A model generated the notes under the pieces. It saw only the letters and a list, made by a program, of their open reading frames with translations. It was not told the origin of the DNA and did not search any database. A stretch of 64,000 bases of DNA from Candidatus Micrarchaeota archaeon (GTDB lineage: Archaea > Micrarchaeota > Micrarchaeia > Norongarragalinales > SBBD01): contig JAHJQN010000004.1 in the NCBI GenBank assembly GCA_018819225.1, positions 287,302-351,301 on the forward strand. Reading direction: 5' to 3'. The translations under genes and the position numbers were made by a program. This document shows positions 40,311 through 48,205 of the stretch, in pieces. Numbering within the stretch: position 1 is the stretch's first letter; every line of letters begins with the position of its first letter.

Positions 40311-40375
40311 GAAATGGAAACCACTCGCTCTCCAGAAACGGAGAAGTAGGAAGTATACTACCGTTTCCCTCATTT

Positions 40376-40645
40376 TTAAGGCTTTCTTCCCGGCGCACGA
40401 CTCACCAATCGCTTGGAAGTTAGACGCTTGATGGGGGAAGGCGCGTACGCTTTTTCGGGCTTTCGCAGCAACTGCATGAGCACGTAAGCGAACTGCAGCG
40501 ATATTCCTGCAGCAACAAGTAATTTCGCCCAAAAGAATACCGTGCTTTCATCCGGATATTTCTGCAGGACGCCCGCAAGAAATAATAGAACGCCGCCCAC
40601 GATCGCTGCGGCGCCCGTTCGACCCAACAGAAATTTGGTGACCAT
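40376..40645 (-). CDS. Small two-TM membrane protein
   Basis: Two hydrophobic segments, basic tail. Confidence 0.5.
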   Translation of the reverse strand: MVTKFLLGRTGAAAIVGGVLLFLAGVLQKYPDESTVFFWAKLLVAAGISLQFAYVLMQLLRKPEKAYAPSPIKRLTSKRLVSRAPGRKP

Positions 40646-40711
40646 AACCGAATATTCAAATACCGGTGCCTAATAATGCTTGGGGGAACGCATGAAAAGA
40701 GGTGCATGGGA

Positions 40712-41080
40712 ATGAAGAAGAAAACGCTTTCACCCGAACAACATCGCATCCTAATGGAAAAAGGCACCGAGCCCCCTTTTTCCGGTAGGCTGCTGAACCA
40801 CAAGGAAAAAGGGGTTTACGAGTGCGCGAACTGCGGTAGTTCGTTGTTCTCCTCCGAAACCAAGTTCGATTCGGGGAGTGGATGGCCGAGTTTTCATGAT
40901 GTCATCAATAATAAAAAAGTAGTACTAAAAACGGATGCGAGTCTTGGAATGAAGAGAGTGGAAGTATCGTGCAAGCAATGCGGAGGTCATTTGGGGCACG
41001 TGTTTGATGACGGCCCGCAACCCACGGGAAAACGCTATTGCATTAATTCGCTGGCGCTCGAGTTCAAGAAAAACCGTTGA
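40712..41080 (+). CDS. msrB: Peptide methionine-(R)-sulfoxide reductase
   Basis: GTEPPF, KFDSGSGWPSF, HLGHVFDDGP, RYCINS. Confidence 0.95.
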   Translation: MKKKTLSPEQHRILMEKGTEPPFSGRLLNHKEKGVYECANCGSSLFSSETKFDSGSGWPSFHDVINNKKVVLKTDASLGMKRVEVSCKQCGGHLGHVFDDGPQPTGKRYCINSLALEFKKNR

Positions 41081-41299
41081 CTAGCTTTTTCTTGTTGTCT
41101 TCAAGTATTGCGTCCGAAAAACGAAGGCCACGAGCATGATTCCGGAAGCCAGCCCTAATGGAAACGTCCCAGACGAATTTCCTCGCAAGGAGGAATCAAT
41201 AGCCGAGACCCCGAAAACGACTCCCGCAATCAGATACGGATAAGGGGAATAGAGGAATCGGTTGAAGGCGTCTTTTTTCTGAACTCGTCTCTTTTTCAT
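41081..41299 (-). CDS. Small two-TM membrane protein
   Basis: Basic N-terminus and two hydrophobic helices. Confidence 0.5.
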   Translation of the reverse strand: MKKRRVQKKDAFNRFLYSPYPYLIAGVVFGVSAIDSSLRGNSSGTFPLGLASGIMLVAFVFRTQYLKTTRKS

Positions 41300-41331
41300 A
41301 ATAAAAGTTAGTTGACGGTTTATAAAAAGAT

Positions 41332-41373
41332 AGTGCAGGGGGAGTAAGCGCAGCCGTGGGCTTGAAGCAGACC
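41332..41373 (-). repeat. att-like repeat L1
   Basis: AGTGCAGGGGGAG..AGCC-gtg-GGCT..GCAGACC. Confidence 0.75.
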
Positions 41374-41403
41374 ATCGGAATCCTTGTCCGAAGAAACATT
41401 TAA

Positions 41404-41435
41404 ATATTTATCAGTTGATATATTTATCGGTTGAT
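41404..41435 (+). promoter_or_regulatory. Tandem 16-bp repeat, putative antitoxin operator
   Basis: ATATTTATCAGTTGAT / ATATTTATCGGTTGAT immediately before ATG 41440. Confidence 0.55.
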
Positions 41436-41439
41436 TAAT

Positions 41440-41724
41440 ATGGAAAATATCTTCGTTTCGTTCAAGCCCCGGAATTTGGACCGCTATCCCCGGCTGGATA
41501 CCGTACTCATGGTGGAAAAGGAACTCTTCAAGCACCGTAGCGACAAGACGATTACGGAAATCTGGAGAGGACTTCCAAGGAAAGTCCTGTGGACGACGTA
41601 CACCACCATTCTTGATTACTTGGAATATTCGGGCAAGATCCACATCGAGAAGGACAAAACGATTACGTGGCTCTGGAACCCCCAGCTATTGGAGCGAATA
41701 AAACGAGAGGGCATCGAAGCATGA
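41440..41724 (+). CDS. Putative wHTH antitoxin
   Basis: PRLDTVLMVE..LPRKV..ILDYLEYSGKI; homologous to 43599..43874; stop overlaps toxin start (ATGA). Confidence 0.65.
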   Translation: MENIFVSFKPRNLDRYPRLDTVLMVEKELFKHRSDKTITEIWRGLPRKVLWTTYTTILDYLEYSGKIHIEKDKTITWLWNPQLLERIKREGIEA

Positions 41725-42071
41725 ACGATTCCCGCACTATCCGCGTGCGCTTTGTAGACAGGAAGCTATACGAGACATACCTCAAGTTGAAGGCGGGAAA
41801 AACGGAAGAAAAGAGACTGGCGGAATACTTGGAACGAGCCATCCAAGACCTCAAGAAGGACCCGTTTTGCGGCATCCAAATCCCCCGTAGACTATGGCCG
41901 AAGGATTACGTGCGAAAATACGGCATCAACAACTTGCGGAAGTACGATTTGCCGAACGGCTGGCGATTAGTTTACACGCTGGTCGGCAACCAAATCGAGA
42001 TTGTTTCCATCCTCTTGGAATGGTTCAAGCATAAAGAGTACGAAAAACGCTTTCATTACAAGGTAAGATAA
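41721..42071 (+). CDS. RelE-like toxin
   Basis: LKKDPFCG, YGINNLRKYDLPNGWRLVYTL, HKEYEKRF. Confidence 0.7.
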   Translation: MNDSRTIRVRFVDRKLYETYLKLKAGKTEEKRLAEYLERAIQDLKKDPFCGIQIPRRLWPKDYVRKYGINNLRKYDLPNGWRLVYTLVGNQIEIVSILLEWFKHKEYEKRFHYKVR

Positions 42072-42083
42072 CCATTTTCACGT

Positions 42084-42128
42084 CTGAGTGCAGGGGGAGG
42101 GCAGCGAGCCTATGGCTCTGTGCAGACC
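42084..42128 (-). repeat. att-like repeat L2
   Basis: CTGAGTGCAGGGGGAG..GAGCC-tat-GGCTC..GCAGACC. Confidence 0.78.
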
Positions 42129-42195
42129 GGCTTGTCGTGTATTCGTAGTCATATTTGTAGAAACCTTTATATATTTGTAGTCACCTAAGGATCGT

Positions 42196-43137
42196 ATGCA
42201 TATCGAGATTCGCACGATCGGCAGGAAAAAGAAATTCTACCTTGCTCATTCGTACCGCCGGCAAGGGAAAGTAGTTAAACTGCGGGTTTATCTGGGGTCT
42301 GGCCTTTCCTCAGACGAATTGGCTGCAAGGAAGGTCCGTGCTGAAGAGCGTCTCAGTTTTCGGATTTCGGCAATAGGCTCAATCCGAGATCCGTTTCAAA
42401 CGGCTCTCTCCGCCAGCGAACTGCGGGAACTTGAAACACTCGAAACCAGGGGGGAAATCGCAGTAAGGTACCTGTCGGAAGAGGACTGGCGCAAATTCAC
42501 CGAAGCGTTCGCATTCGACACCAACGCCATCGAAGGCTCTTCGGTTCTTGCAAACGAAGTCGGCGACATTCTGGAAAGGGACAAGTGGCCGGACAAACCG
42601 AAAGAAGACATTTCCGAGACTTACGGGGTTGCCAAGGCAATCGAATTCATACGAAAGACCAAAGACCCCGTTTCCATTCCCCTCGTACTCGAACTCCACC
42701 GGCTGGTCTTCCGGAATTCGAAACCGTTTGCTGGAAGGCTGCGCGGTCGAGGTGTCGAAGTGGTAATCGGCGACGGGAGAGGCAACGTCATCCACCGCGG
42801 CGCGCCTTCCACGCAGGTGCGTAGCCTACTGGGCAAGCTAGTCAAATGGTACGGTGAGAACAAGAAAAAATATCCTCCACTGGTACTGGCCGCCGTGGTG
42901 CATAACCAGTTCGAGAACATCCACCCGTTCCAGGACGGCAACGGCCGAGTCGGAAGGCTGCTATTGAACAACATCCTCCTCAAGCACGGCCTTCCCCCGC
43001 TAAACATCGAGCTCCGCAACCGGCAGGAATACTACGCCGCCCTGCAGGAATACGAGCGCAGCCAGAACATCCGGCCGACAATCGAGCTGATGCTTAAGGA
43101 ATACCGCGCCCTCAAGCGGCTGCTCAAGAAAAGGTGA
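42196..43137 (+). CDS. Fic-domain protein (class II, N-terminal inhibitory motif)
   Basis: HPFQDGNGRVGR active site; TNAIEG fits (S/T)xxxE(G/N); basic beta-rich N-terminal domain. Confidence 0.92.
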   Translation: MHIEIRTIGRKKKFYLAHSYRRQGKVVKLRVYLGSGLSSDELAARKVRAEERLSFRISAIGSIRDPFQTALSASELRELETLETRGEIAVRYLSEEDWRKFTEAFAFDTNAIEGSSVLANEVGDILERDKWPDKPKEDISETYGVAKAIEFIRKTKDPVSIPLVLELHRLVFRNSKPFAGRLRGRGVEVVIGDGRGNVIHRGAPSTQVRSLLGKLVKWYGENKKKYPPLVLAAVVHNQFENIHPFQDGNGRVGRLLLNNILLKHGLPPLNIELRNRQEYYAALQEYERSQNIRPTIELMLKEYRALKRLLKKR

Positions 43138-43186
43138 CTACAAACCCGCAAGCGTAGTCACCCAATGCGCAAACCCCTGGAACTCA

Positions 43187-43240
43187 CAGCCCAAGGCTGA
43201 GTGCAGGGGAAGTAGCTCAAGCCAACGTCTTGCTGCAGTC
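43187..43240 (-). repeat. att-like repeat L3
   Basis: CAGCCCAAGGCTGAGTGCAGGG matches 44020-44041 at 21/22; followed by CAAG..CTTG hairpin and GCAG. Confidence 0.8.
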
Positions 43241-43245
43241 TCTGA

Positions 43246-43602
43246 TCACTTGCGTTTGTAACCGAACCGCTTATCGTATGTCCCGTGAGGACTGATTTCA
43301 AGGACGAAGGCAACAATTTCAACTTCTGTTCCCCCTTCGGTCAGCGAATACAGCATTCTCCAGAATTGAGGGAGTTCTACGCGGAACAGGTTCTTGATCC
43401 CGTACTTCCGCTTGTACTCGTCAGGAATCTTATCTTTAGAGATGGGCTCTCCATAATGAATGTTGGCCTTGATCAGCTCGACTTTTTTATTGATTGCGTT
43501 CAGGATGCTCCTGTCGCGTTTTGACTTGGGTGCTCGCTCATTCAAATACCGGTACACTTTCTCAGCTTCCGGCGAGAGAACGACTCGGACGGTCTTGTTC
43601 AT
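43246..43602 (-). CDS. RelE-like toxin
   Basis: YGIKNLFRVELPQFWRMLYSL, HGTYDKRFGY; homologous to 41721..42071. Confidence 0.7.
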   Translation of the reverse strand: MNKTVRVVLSPEAEKVYRYLNERAPKSKRDRSILNAINKKVELIKANIHYGEPISKDKIPDEYKRKYGIKNLFRVELPQFWRMLYSLTEGGTEVEIVAFVLEISPHGTYDKRFGYKRK

Positions 43603-43874
43603 AGCTCAAGGCCTCTGGCAATGGCTTTCCTGAGAGCAGGATTGTCATTGGCGATCCATGAAATACCTTTCAGGGAAACAGCGATCTTGTTGCTGGCCTC
43701 CAAATATTCTAAAATAACCATCAAGGTATAGTGGTTGACCTGCTTCGGAAGCATTCTTTTCAGTTCGGCAATTGTAATGACGCTCTTCTTCATGTTTGCC
43801 AAAACCTCTTCCACCATGATGACGGTTTTCAAGTTCGGCGCATGCGCAAATTCCACGTTATACATAGTCATCAC
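43599..43874 (-). CDS. Putative wHTH antitoxin
   Basis: PNLKTVIMVE..LPKQV..ILEYLEASNKI. Confidence 0.65.
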   Translation of the reverse strand: MMTMYNVEFAHAPNLKTVIMVEEVLANMKKSVITIAELKRMLPKQVNHYTLMVILEYLEASNKIAVSLKGISWIANDNPALRKAIARGLEL

Positions 43875-43971
43875 TTTATTTTACAAATTCATAACCTATT
43901 TGTATTTATTAGTATATTTAAGCCTTTCGGTACCTCGTTTTAACTAATCAAAGGAAATAGGTAGAAGCGTA

Positions 43972-44009
43972 CAGCCTATAGGGGAAGTCACCGTAGACGA
44001 TTCTACAGC
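43972..44009 (-). repeat. Degenerate att-like repeat L4
   Basis: CAGCC..AGGGGAAGT as in L3, plus hairpin ACCGTAGA-cgat-TCTACAGC. Confidence 0.45.
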
Positions 44010-44034
44010 TGGGCACTTCCAGCCCAGGGCTGAG

Positions 44035-44179
44035 TGCAGGGAGAGGGATTTGAACCCTCGAAGCTTCTACAGCACAGGATTTCCTAAAACCCTTTCTTTT
44101 CTCGTCGAGGTCTTTTCTTTACAAAAAGAAAAGAGGTCGCTTAAGTCCCGCCCCTTTGACCGAACTTGGGTACCCCTGC
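44035..44179 (-). tRNA. tRNA-Leu(UAA) with 59-nt canonical intron (44081..44139)
   Basis: gcagggg/tccctgc, A73; cggga-CT-TAA-G|..|A-tcctg; long variable arm; gaggg-TTCAAAT-ccctc. Confidence 0.92.
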
Positions 44180-44261
44180 GTAAACCTTTTTTTAATGAAA
44201 GCTTAAAAGCGTCATGGATACGCCTAGATGAATGAACTCATAGGCGTTAATGCGCCGCGGA

Positions 44262-44426
44262 TTACTTGCCTCCGCCCTTGGCTTCCTTTCGGCGCGCGCG
44301 CTTGGGTCGCAAATGAGGATAATTGCACTTGCGGCACTTCACCGTCCCTTTCGGATTGCGCGTCTTGCATTTCAAGCAAACGACGACCGATAGAAACGCT
44401 TTGTCAGCTAAAGGAAACTTGCCCAT
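44262..44426 (-). CDS. rpl40e: 50S ribosomal protein eL40 (absent from ORF track)
   Basis: Hand translation: MGKFPLADKAFLSVVVCLKCKTRNPKGTVKCRKCNYPHLRPKRARRKEAKGGGK*. Confidence 0.9.
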   Translation of the reverse strand: MGKFPLADKAFLSVVVCLKCKTRNPKGTVKCRKCNYPHLRPKRARRKEAKGGGK

Positions 44427-44547
44427 ACTGGTTCACGAAAACTTCTGTAAAAGAAGAGAATACTGGTATGGCTACCAACGTTTTTAAAGGCTATTTTGTC
44501 CTAAGAAAGAGGTAGCTGCTTCTTTACCCCGATGGTTGATTTGACAT

Positions 44548-44708
44548 GCCTCCGTAGCTCAGTAGTAGAGACGGAACCTTTTCTTTTTTAATAGAAAAGC
44601 TTCACCAAAAGAAGAAGCGAATAAAAGCGCCTCCGTAGCTCAGTAGTAGAGCGCGAACCTTTTCTTTAATAAAGAAAAGCTTCACCAAAAGAAAGCGCGT
44701 ATTCCCAT
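44548..44708 (+). repeat. Two ~80-bp units, each a tRNA-Thr 5' fragment plus a U/A-rich hairpin element
   Basis: GCCTCCGTAGCTCAGTAGTAGAG at 44548, 44629 and 44709. Confidence 0.9.
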
Positions 44709-44780
44709 GCCTCCGTAGCTCAGTAGTAGAGCGCTTCCTTGGTAAGGAAGAGGTCGCGGGTGCGATTCCCGCCGGAGGCT
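44709..44780 (+). tRNA. tRNA-Thr(GGU), intronless
   Basis: gcctccg/cggaggc; cttcc-TT-GGT-AA-ggaag; T loop TGCGATT. Confidence 0.88.
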
Positions 44781-44793
44781 TGAATTCTTTTTT

Positions 44794-46881
44794 TTAATTT
44801 CGTATCTTCTTGTGAATGACGCGTTTACGTTTGTCGTGGAAGAACCAAGCACTCGCTACAGCCACTGAAAAGAGTAGAATAAGCCAGACGCTGTTAGAGA
44901 AAAGACCTCGTTCCTCTTGACGACGTCGATATTCTTGTTCAGCCGCAAGATACCCTGACTCTCCCCGCAAAACGGTTTGTTTCGGAATCCCCACCATCAA
45001 TGGACTGCCACCAGGAGGCCAGCGAGTCGGAACCGGTGAAGGAGTGACCGTGGATTCGGGCTCGCCCATTCCAGAAGGAACGTACTCCAGATCATTCGTT
45101 ATCAACAGCTTGTCTAATTGCATTCCATCCTCACGGTTGCGAACCGTCAACGTATGGAAACCAGCGGAAAGATCAAACGCAAGAGGATCCAAAGGAGGAG
45201 AACGGCTGTTCGCGACATCCCACCGCCACACGTTGCCGCCCGCCGTATCCCAAATATATTCTGCACCGCCATCCATGCGAATGAACACGCTGTCTGCTGC
45301 CGTGTGAGGAGACAATTCACGACCCCAAACGCGATATTCTCCTGAAACGGGAACCTCGAAAGAATAGGTCAAGAGGTCGGCGTCGCCGCCTGCATTGAAC
45401 GGAACGAGCACGAATTCGCCATTGGAAGCGTCTTCATCCACATCAATGACCCACGCTCCGAGCAAGGACGAAAAGTGTTCGGCCTCCACCCAATAATAGG
45501 AGTATCCCGGAACAGCCGTAGGAGAACATGAACCCAAACAACATACGCCGGACCCGCAATACCCTTCATCCTCCAAGAAACAATCATCGTAGAAACCGCA
45601 GTTGGCGCGACACGACCCACCCAATGCTTCGCAAGGAACGGGTGTCGGCGTGCTCGTGCACGATCCGATACAGCAGATTCCAGTCGAACAATAACCCTCG
45701 GCATCCCAAACGCATTCATTGAATTGACTACAATCCTCTAAACATTGTCCGCCCAAATCCTCCTCGCAATAAATATCCGAGCCGCCGCCTTCAAAAGTCA
45801 GCGTGGCCTGGATGAGATTGAAGGAATCGAACGATCCTTGTCCGGAAAACACGAGCCAAACCGTTTCTCCATTCGCGCTGATCCACTTGCTCGGAAAATT
45901 GTAAAAGAATGAAGGCTCGTAATCCCAAGAATCAAAAATGGCTACGGTATACCAGGGCCCCCAAGGATTCGGTGCCTCAAAAATAGACATGCCGCTACCT
46001 GAAACCCCGCCGTTGTCTCCCACGTGGTGATCGCCGACCAATAAGTACCTCCCCGAAGGAGAATGATACGTGACAACCGGAGGTGCCCAACCCACATTCT
46101 CTTTAATGAAAACGGGTTGTCGGAGAGTCAAGTCATTCGTCCATTGGTTTAAACCAGTCGAGAATTCATACTGATCCCGATCCCAAATGAAATCTTTAGG
46201 AACGCGCATTAAATCCACTTCCCCGGGAACCTGAACCTTGAGACCGGTAGCATCCTTCAACCGCGTCGCGTACATATACACGAATCCATCCGGCGACGCC
46301 GCATCCTCCCCGTACTGCGAGATGCTGGGTAAAATCAATTCGTTTTCTTCAGTGAACATCCAATTGTTTTGAAGTTCCCAAGTTGCCCCATGATCGTACG
46401 AACGCGCCAGCCTCGCATTATCGTAATTCATATTATTGGAACCCGGACTGACCCACATGTATAATACGCCATCAATGGAAACGATCCCGTAAGACTTGCC
46501 GGTAAACGTAGCGGGATTTTCTGCAGCACACGAAGCAGGAGGCGCATGTTCTGGATTTTCGCAACTGCCGTCCCCCAACGCATGGCACCCCCATAAATTG
46601 ACGGGCACGAAATCGACGGCATCCCCTTCAATGCGAGTTAAACCCAAACTAGCGCGACAAAGGGTATTGGATCCTTCAAAACCGCCTCCGTCACCCCAAC
46701 TCGTGTATTGATGACCGTCATCCGCCCAAGTCATCGGAAAATTATCGCTTCCTGAAGCGGCATTGAAATAGGTCGCAGGATTAAACGAGATGTCGGTAAT
46801 GACGGTGCTTGACGGATACGCCACGTTCAGCGAAAGAAAACATATGAAAAAAACAAGAAAGGTACGGAATGCCCCTCGCAT
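44794..46881 (-). CDS. Secreted membrane-anchored protein: DUF4185-like beta-propeller/glycosidase-like domain, Cys repeats, CBM-like domain
   Basis: Signal peptide; SDNFPMTWADDG, Asp-box SYDHGATW, EAPNPWGPW; two C..LGG.C repeats; EAE...REDG...D jelly-roll motif; C-terminal TM. Confidence 0.65.
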   Translation of the reverse strand: MRGAFRTFLVFFICFLSLNVAYPSSTVITDISFNPATYFNAASGSDNFPMTWADDGHQYTSWGDGGGFEGSNTLCRASLGLTRIEGDAVDFVPVNLWGCHALGDGSCENPEHAPPASCAAENPATFTGKSYGIVSIDGVLYMWVSPGSNNMNYDNARLARSYDHGATWELQNNWMFTEENELILPSISQYGEDAASPDGFVYMYATRLKDATGLKVQVPGEVDLMRVPKDFIWDRDQYEFSTGLNQWTNDLTLRQPVFIKENVGWAPPVVTYHSPSGRYLLVGDHHVGDNGGVSGSGMSIFEAPNPWGPWYTVAIFDSWDYEPSFFYNFPSKWISANGETVWLVFSGQGSFDSFNLIQATLTFEGGGSDIYCEEDLGGQCLEDCSQFNECVWDAEGYCSTGICCIGSCTSTPTPVPCEALGGSCRANCGFYDDCFLEDEGYCGSGVCCLGSCSPTAVPGYSYYWVEAEHFSSLLGAWVIDVDEDASNGEFVLVPFNAGGDADLLTYSFEVPVSGEYRVWGRELSPHTAADSVFIRMDGGAEYIWDTAGGNVWRWDVANSRSPPLDPLAFDLSAGFHTLTVRNREDGMQLDKLLITNDLEYVPSGMGEPESTVTPSPVPTRWPPGGSPLMVGIPKQTVLRGESGYLAAEQEYRRRQEERGLFSNSVWLILLFSVAVASAWFFHDKRKRVIHKKIRN

Positions 46882-46925
46882 GGAACCACCTATTTCTTAC
46901 TAGTCTTCCTCGGTTTTAATAAGTG

Positions 46926-46969
46926 CGGGCTTTGCACCTTTTGGGCGAGCCACGCCGGAGGCTTACGGA
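46926..46969 (+). repeat. att-like repeat T1
   Basis: 39/44 identical to 47517-47560; contains tRNA-Thr 3' end CGCCGGAGGCT. Confidence 0.85.
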
Positions 46970-46993
46970 AAAGCATGACAAAAAGGCGATCGA

Positions 46994-47236
46994 TTAGGAA
47001 TAAATATTCTGACGGTGCCCCGCGTCATGCAAGCGAACGGCGTTCTTGCTTAAAGAGTAAATGATCCGGTAGTCGCCGACCCGCAAGCTAAAGAAATTCG
47101 ACAGGCGCCCGTGAAGCCGTTTGCCCGCGCGAGGAAATTGGCCAAGAAGCGTAACTTCACGGAGCAGCCGCACCCGAATATTGCGAGGCAACTTGCGGAA
47201 AGACTTTTGGAAGTGATTGGAATAAAGCACTTCCAT
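46994..47236 (-). CDS. RelE/ParE-family toxin
   Basis: FQKSFRKL, GKRLHG, SLRVGDYRIIY, GHRQNIY. Confidence 0.88.
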   Translation of the reverse strand: MEVLYSNHFQKSFRKLPRNIRVRLLREVTLLGQFPRAGKRLHGRLSNFFSLRVGDYRIIYSLSKNAVRLHDAGHRQNIYS

Positions 47237-47241
47237 GCGAA

Positions 47242-47436
47242 TTACACCTTCAGATTAACAATGGAATGAAATCGGCCATCCGAAAAATCCTTCTCAGATG
47301 AACGAATTCCTTTTAGTAGTTTCTTGTCTGCGAGGACTTCCAGCGTTTCCTGCAAAGATTCGAAAGCATCCCTGGCTTCTTCAAAGCTCTTCTTCGCTGC
47401 GTTCAATTCCTTCCGAATAGATGAACCGACGTACAT
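47242..47436 (-). CDS. Putative antitoxin
   Basis: FESLQETLEVLADKKLLKGIRSSEKD (YefM/RelB-like C-terminus), upstream of toxin. Confidence 0.65.
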   Translation of the reverse strand: MYVGSSIRKELNAAKKSFEEARDAFESLQETLEVLADKKLLKGIRSSEKDFSDGRFHSIVNLKV

Positions 47437-47516
47437 TCTAAGTCCCTTACAACAGCAGTAAAACGAGCTTTATAATACTTGCTAGACACGAGCGCCATTG
47501 GATTTGTCTCGAGGTA

Positions 47517-47560
47517 CGGGCTTTGCACCTTTTGGCCGAGTCCCTCCGGAGGCTTCCGGA
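47517..47560 (+). repeat. att-like repeat T2
   Basis: CGGGCTTTGCACCTTTTGGCCGAGTCCCTCCGGAGGCTTCCGGA. Confidence 0.85.
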
Positions 47561-47636
47561 TTTTTAGATTTCAACGGCAGCATACCCTTCCGAAAGGAAT
47601 ATATATGGACTTAGTTCATATTGATATGGTGATAAC

Positions 47637-47867
47637 ATGGTGCATGCATTAGTCAATATTTCGGAAGAAGCAAACCGCGTGTTGAACGTGATTAAAGCGA
47701 AAAAGAATTTGCGAACCAAATCAGAGGCGATTGAGGAGATGGCGCGAGAGTACGAGCAAGAACTCTTGGAACCCGAACTTCGACCGGAATACGTGGAACG
47801 CATTCGGAAAATCGGCAAGCAAAAAACGATTACAGTGAAGGACTTCGAAAAAGAGTTTCTGAGCTGA
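47637..47867 (+). CDS. DUF2683-like antitoxin
   Basis: NRVLNVIKAK..L..KSEAI, LEPELRPEY. Confidence 0.75.
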   Translation: MVHALVNISEEANRVLNVIKAKKNLRTKSEAIEEMAREYEQELLEPELRPEYVERIRKIGKQKTITVKDFEKEFLS

Positions 47868-47874
47868 TGGCGGC

Positions 47875-48141
47875 ATGTATGGTCTCGAAGTGTCTCCGGA
47901 AGCGTATGCCCGGTTCAAAAAGATGCGAAAAAAGAACCGCTGGCTACTCGAAGTCATTGGCAAGAAGGTCCGGCATATACGCGAGCGCCCCCATCATTTC
48001 AAACCGCTTCATTTCCCCCTTCATAACAAACGACGGGTCCATATTGCGGGATCGTTTGTACTCGTCTATGAAATCAGGGAAAAAGACAAAACCGTTGTCA
48101 TCATAGACTTCGACCACCACGATAACGTTTACATGAAATGA
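47875..48141 (+). CDS. RelE/StbE-family toxin
   Basis: HFKPL, RRVHIAGSFVLVYEI, FDHHDNVY. Confidence 0.85.
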   Translation: MYGLEVSPEAYARFKKMRKKNRWLLEVIGKKVRHIRERPHHFKPLHFPLHNKRRVHIAGSFVLVYEIREKDKTVVIIDFDHHDNVYMK

Positions 48142-48188
48142 CGGAATCGGTTTAAGCGAACGAATGGATGGGGGTATATCGTTTGAAT

Positions 48189-48205
48189 GAGTCCGGCCGG
48201 AGGCT
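48189..48205 (+). repeat. att-like repeat T3 (distal, degenerate)
   Basis: GAGTCC-G-GCCGGAGGCT, followed by a T-tract at ~48219. Confidence 0.6.

Larger units (their letters stand above)
41332..44034 (-). mobile_element. Tandem cassette array at the 3' end of tRNA-Leu(UAA); no integrase in window
   Basis: AGTGCAGGG (complement of tRNA 3' end) recurs at 41332, 42087 and 43200, separating TA and Fic modules. Confidence 0.75.
44781..48205 (+). mobile_element. Tandem cassette array at the 3' end of tRNA-Thr(GGU); no integrase in window
   Basis: CCGGAGGCT recurs at 46955, 47546 and 48197, separating three gene modules. Confidence 0.75.

Noticed and set aside
44050-44235. ORFs overlapping tRNA genes (also 17..259, 25496..25711, 28324..28518)
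   Set aside because: Explained by the tRNA sequences
44228-44515. 95-aa plus-strand ORF
   Set aside because: Shadow of rpl40e on the minus strand
44548-44780. CRISPR array
   Set aside because: The repeat is a tRNA 5' end, the spacers resemble each other, and no cas genes are present
41332-48205. Classical integron (attC/intI) or provirus
   Set aside because: No intI, no RYYYAAC..GTTRRRY boxes seen, no viral genes; the cores are tRNA-derived
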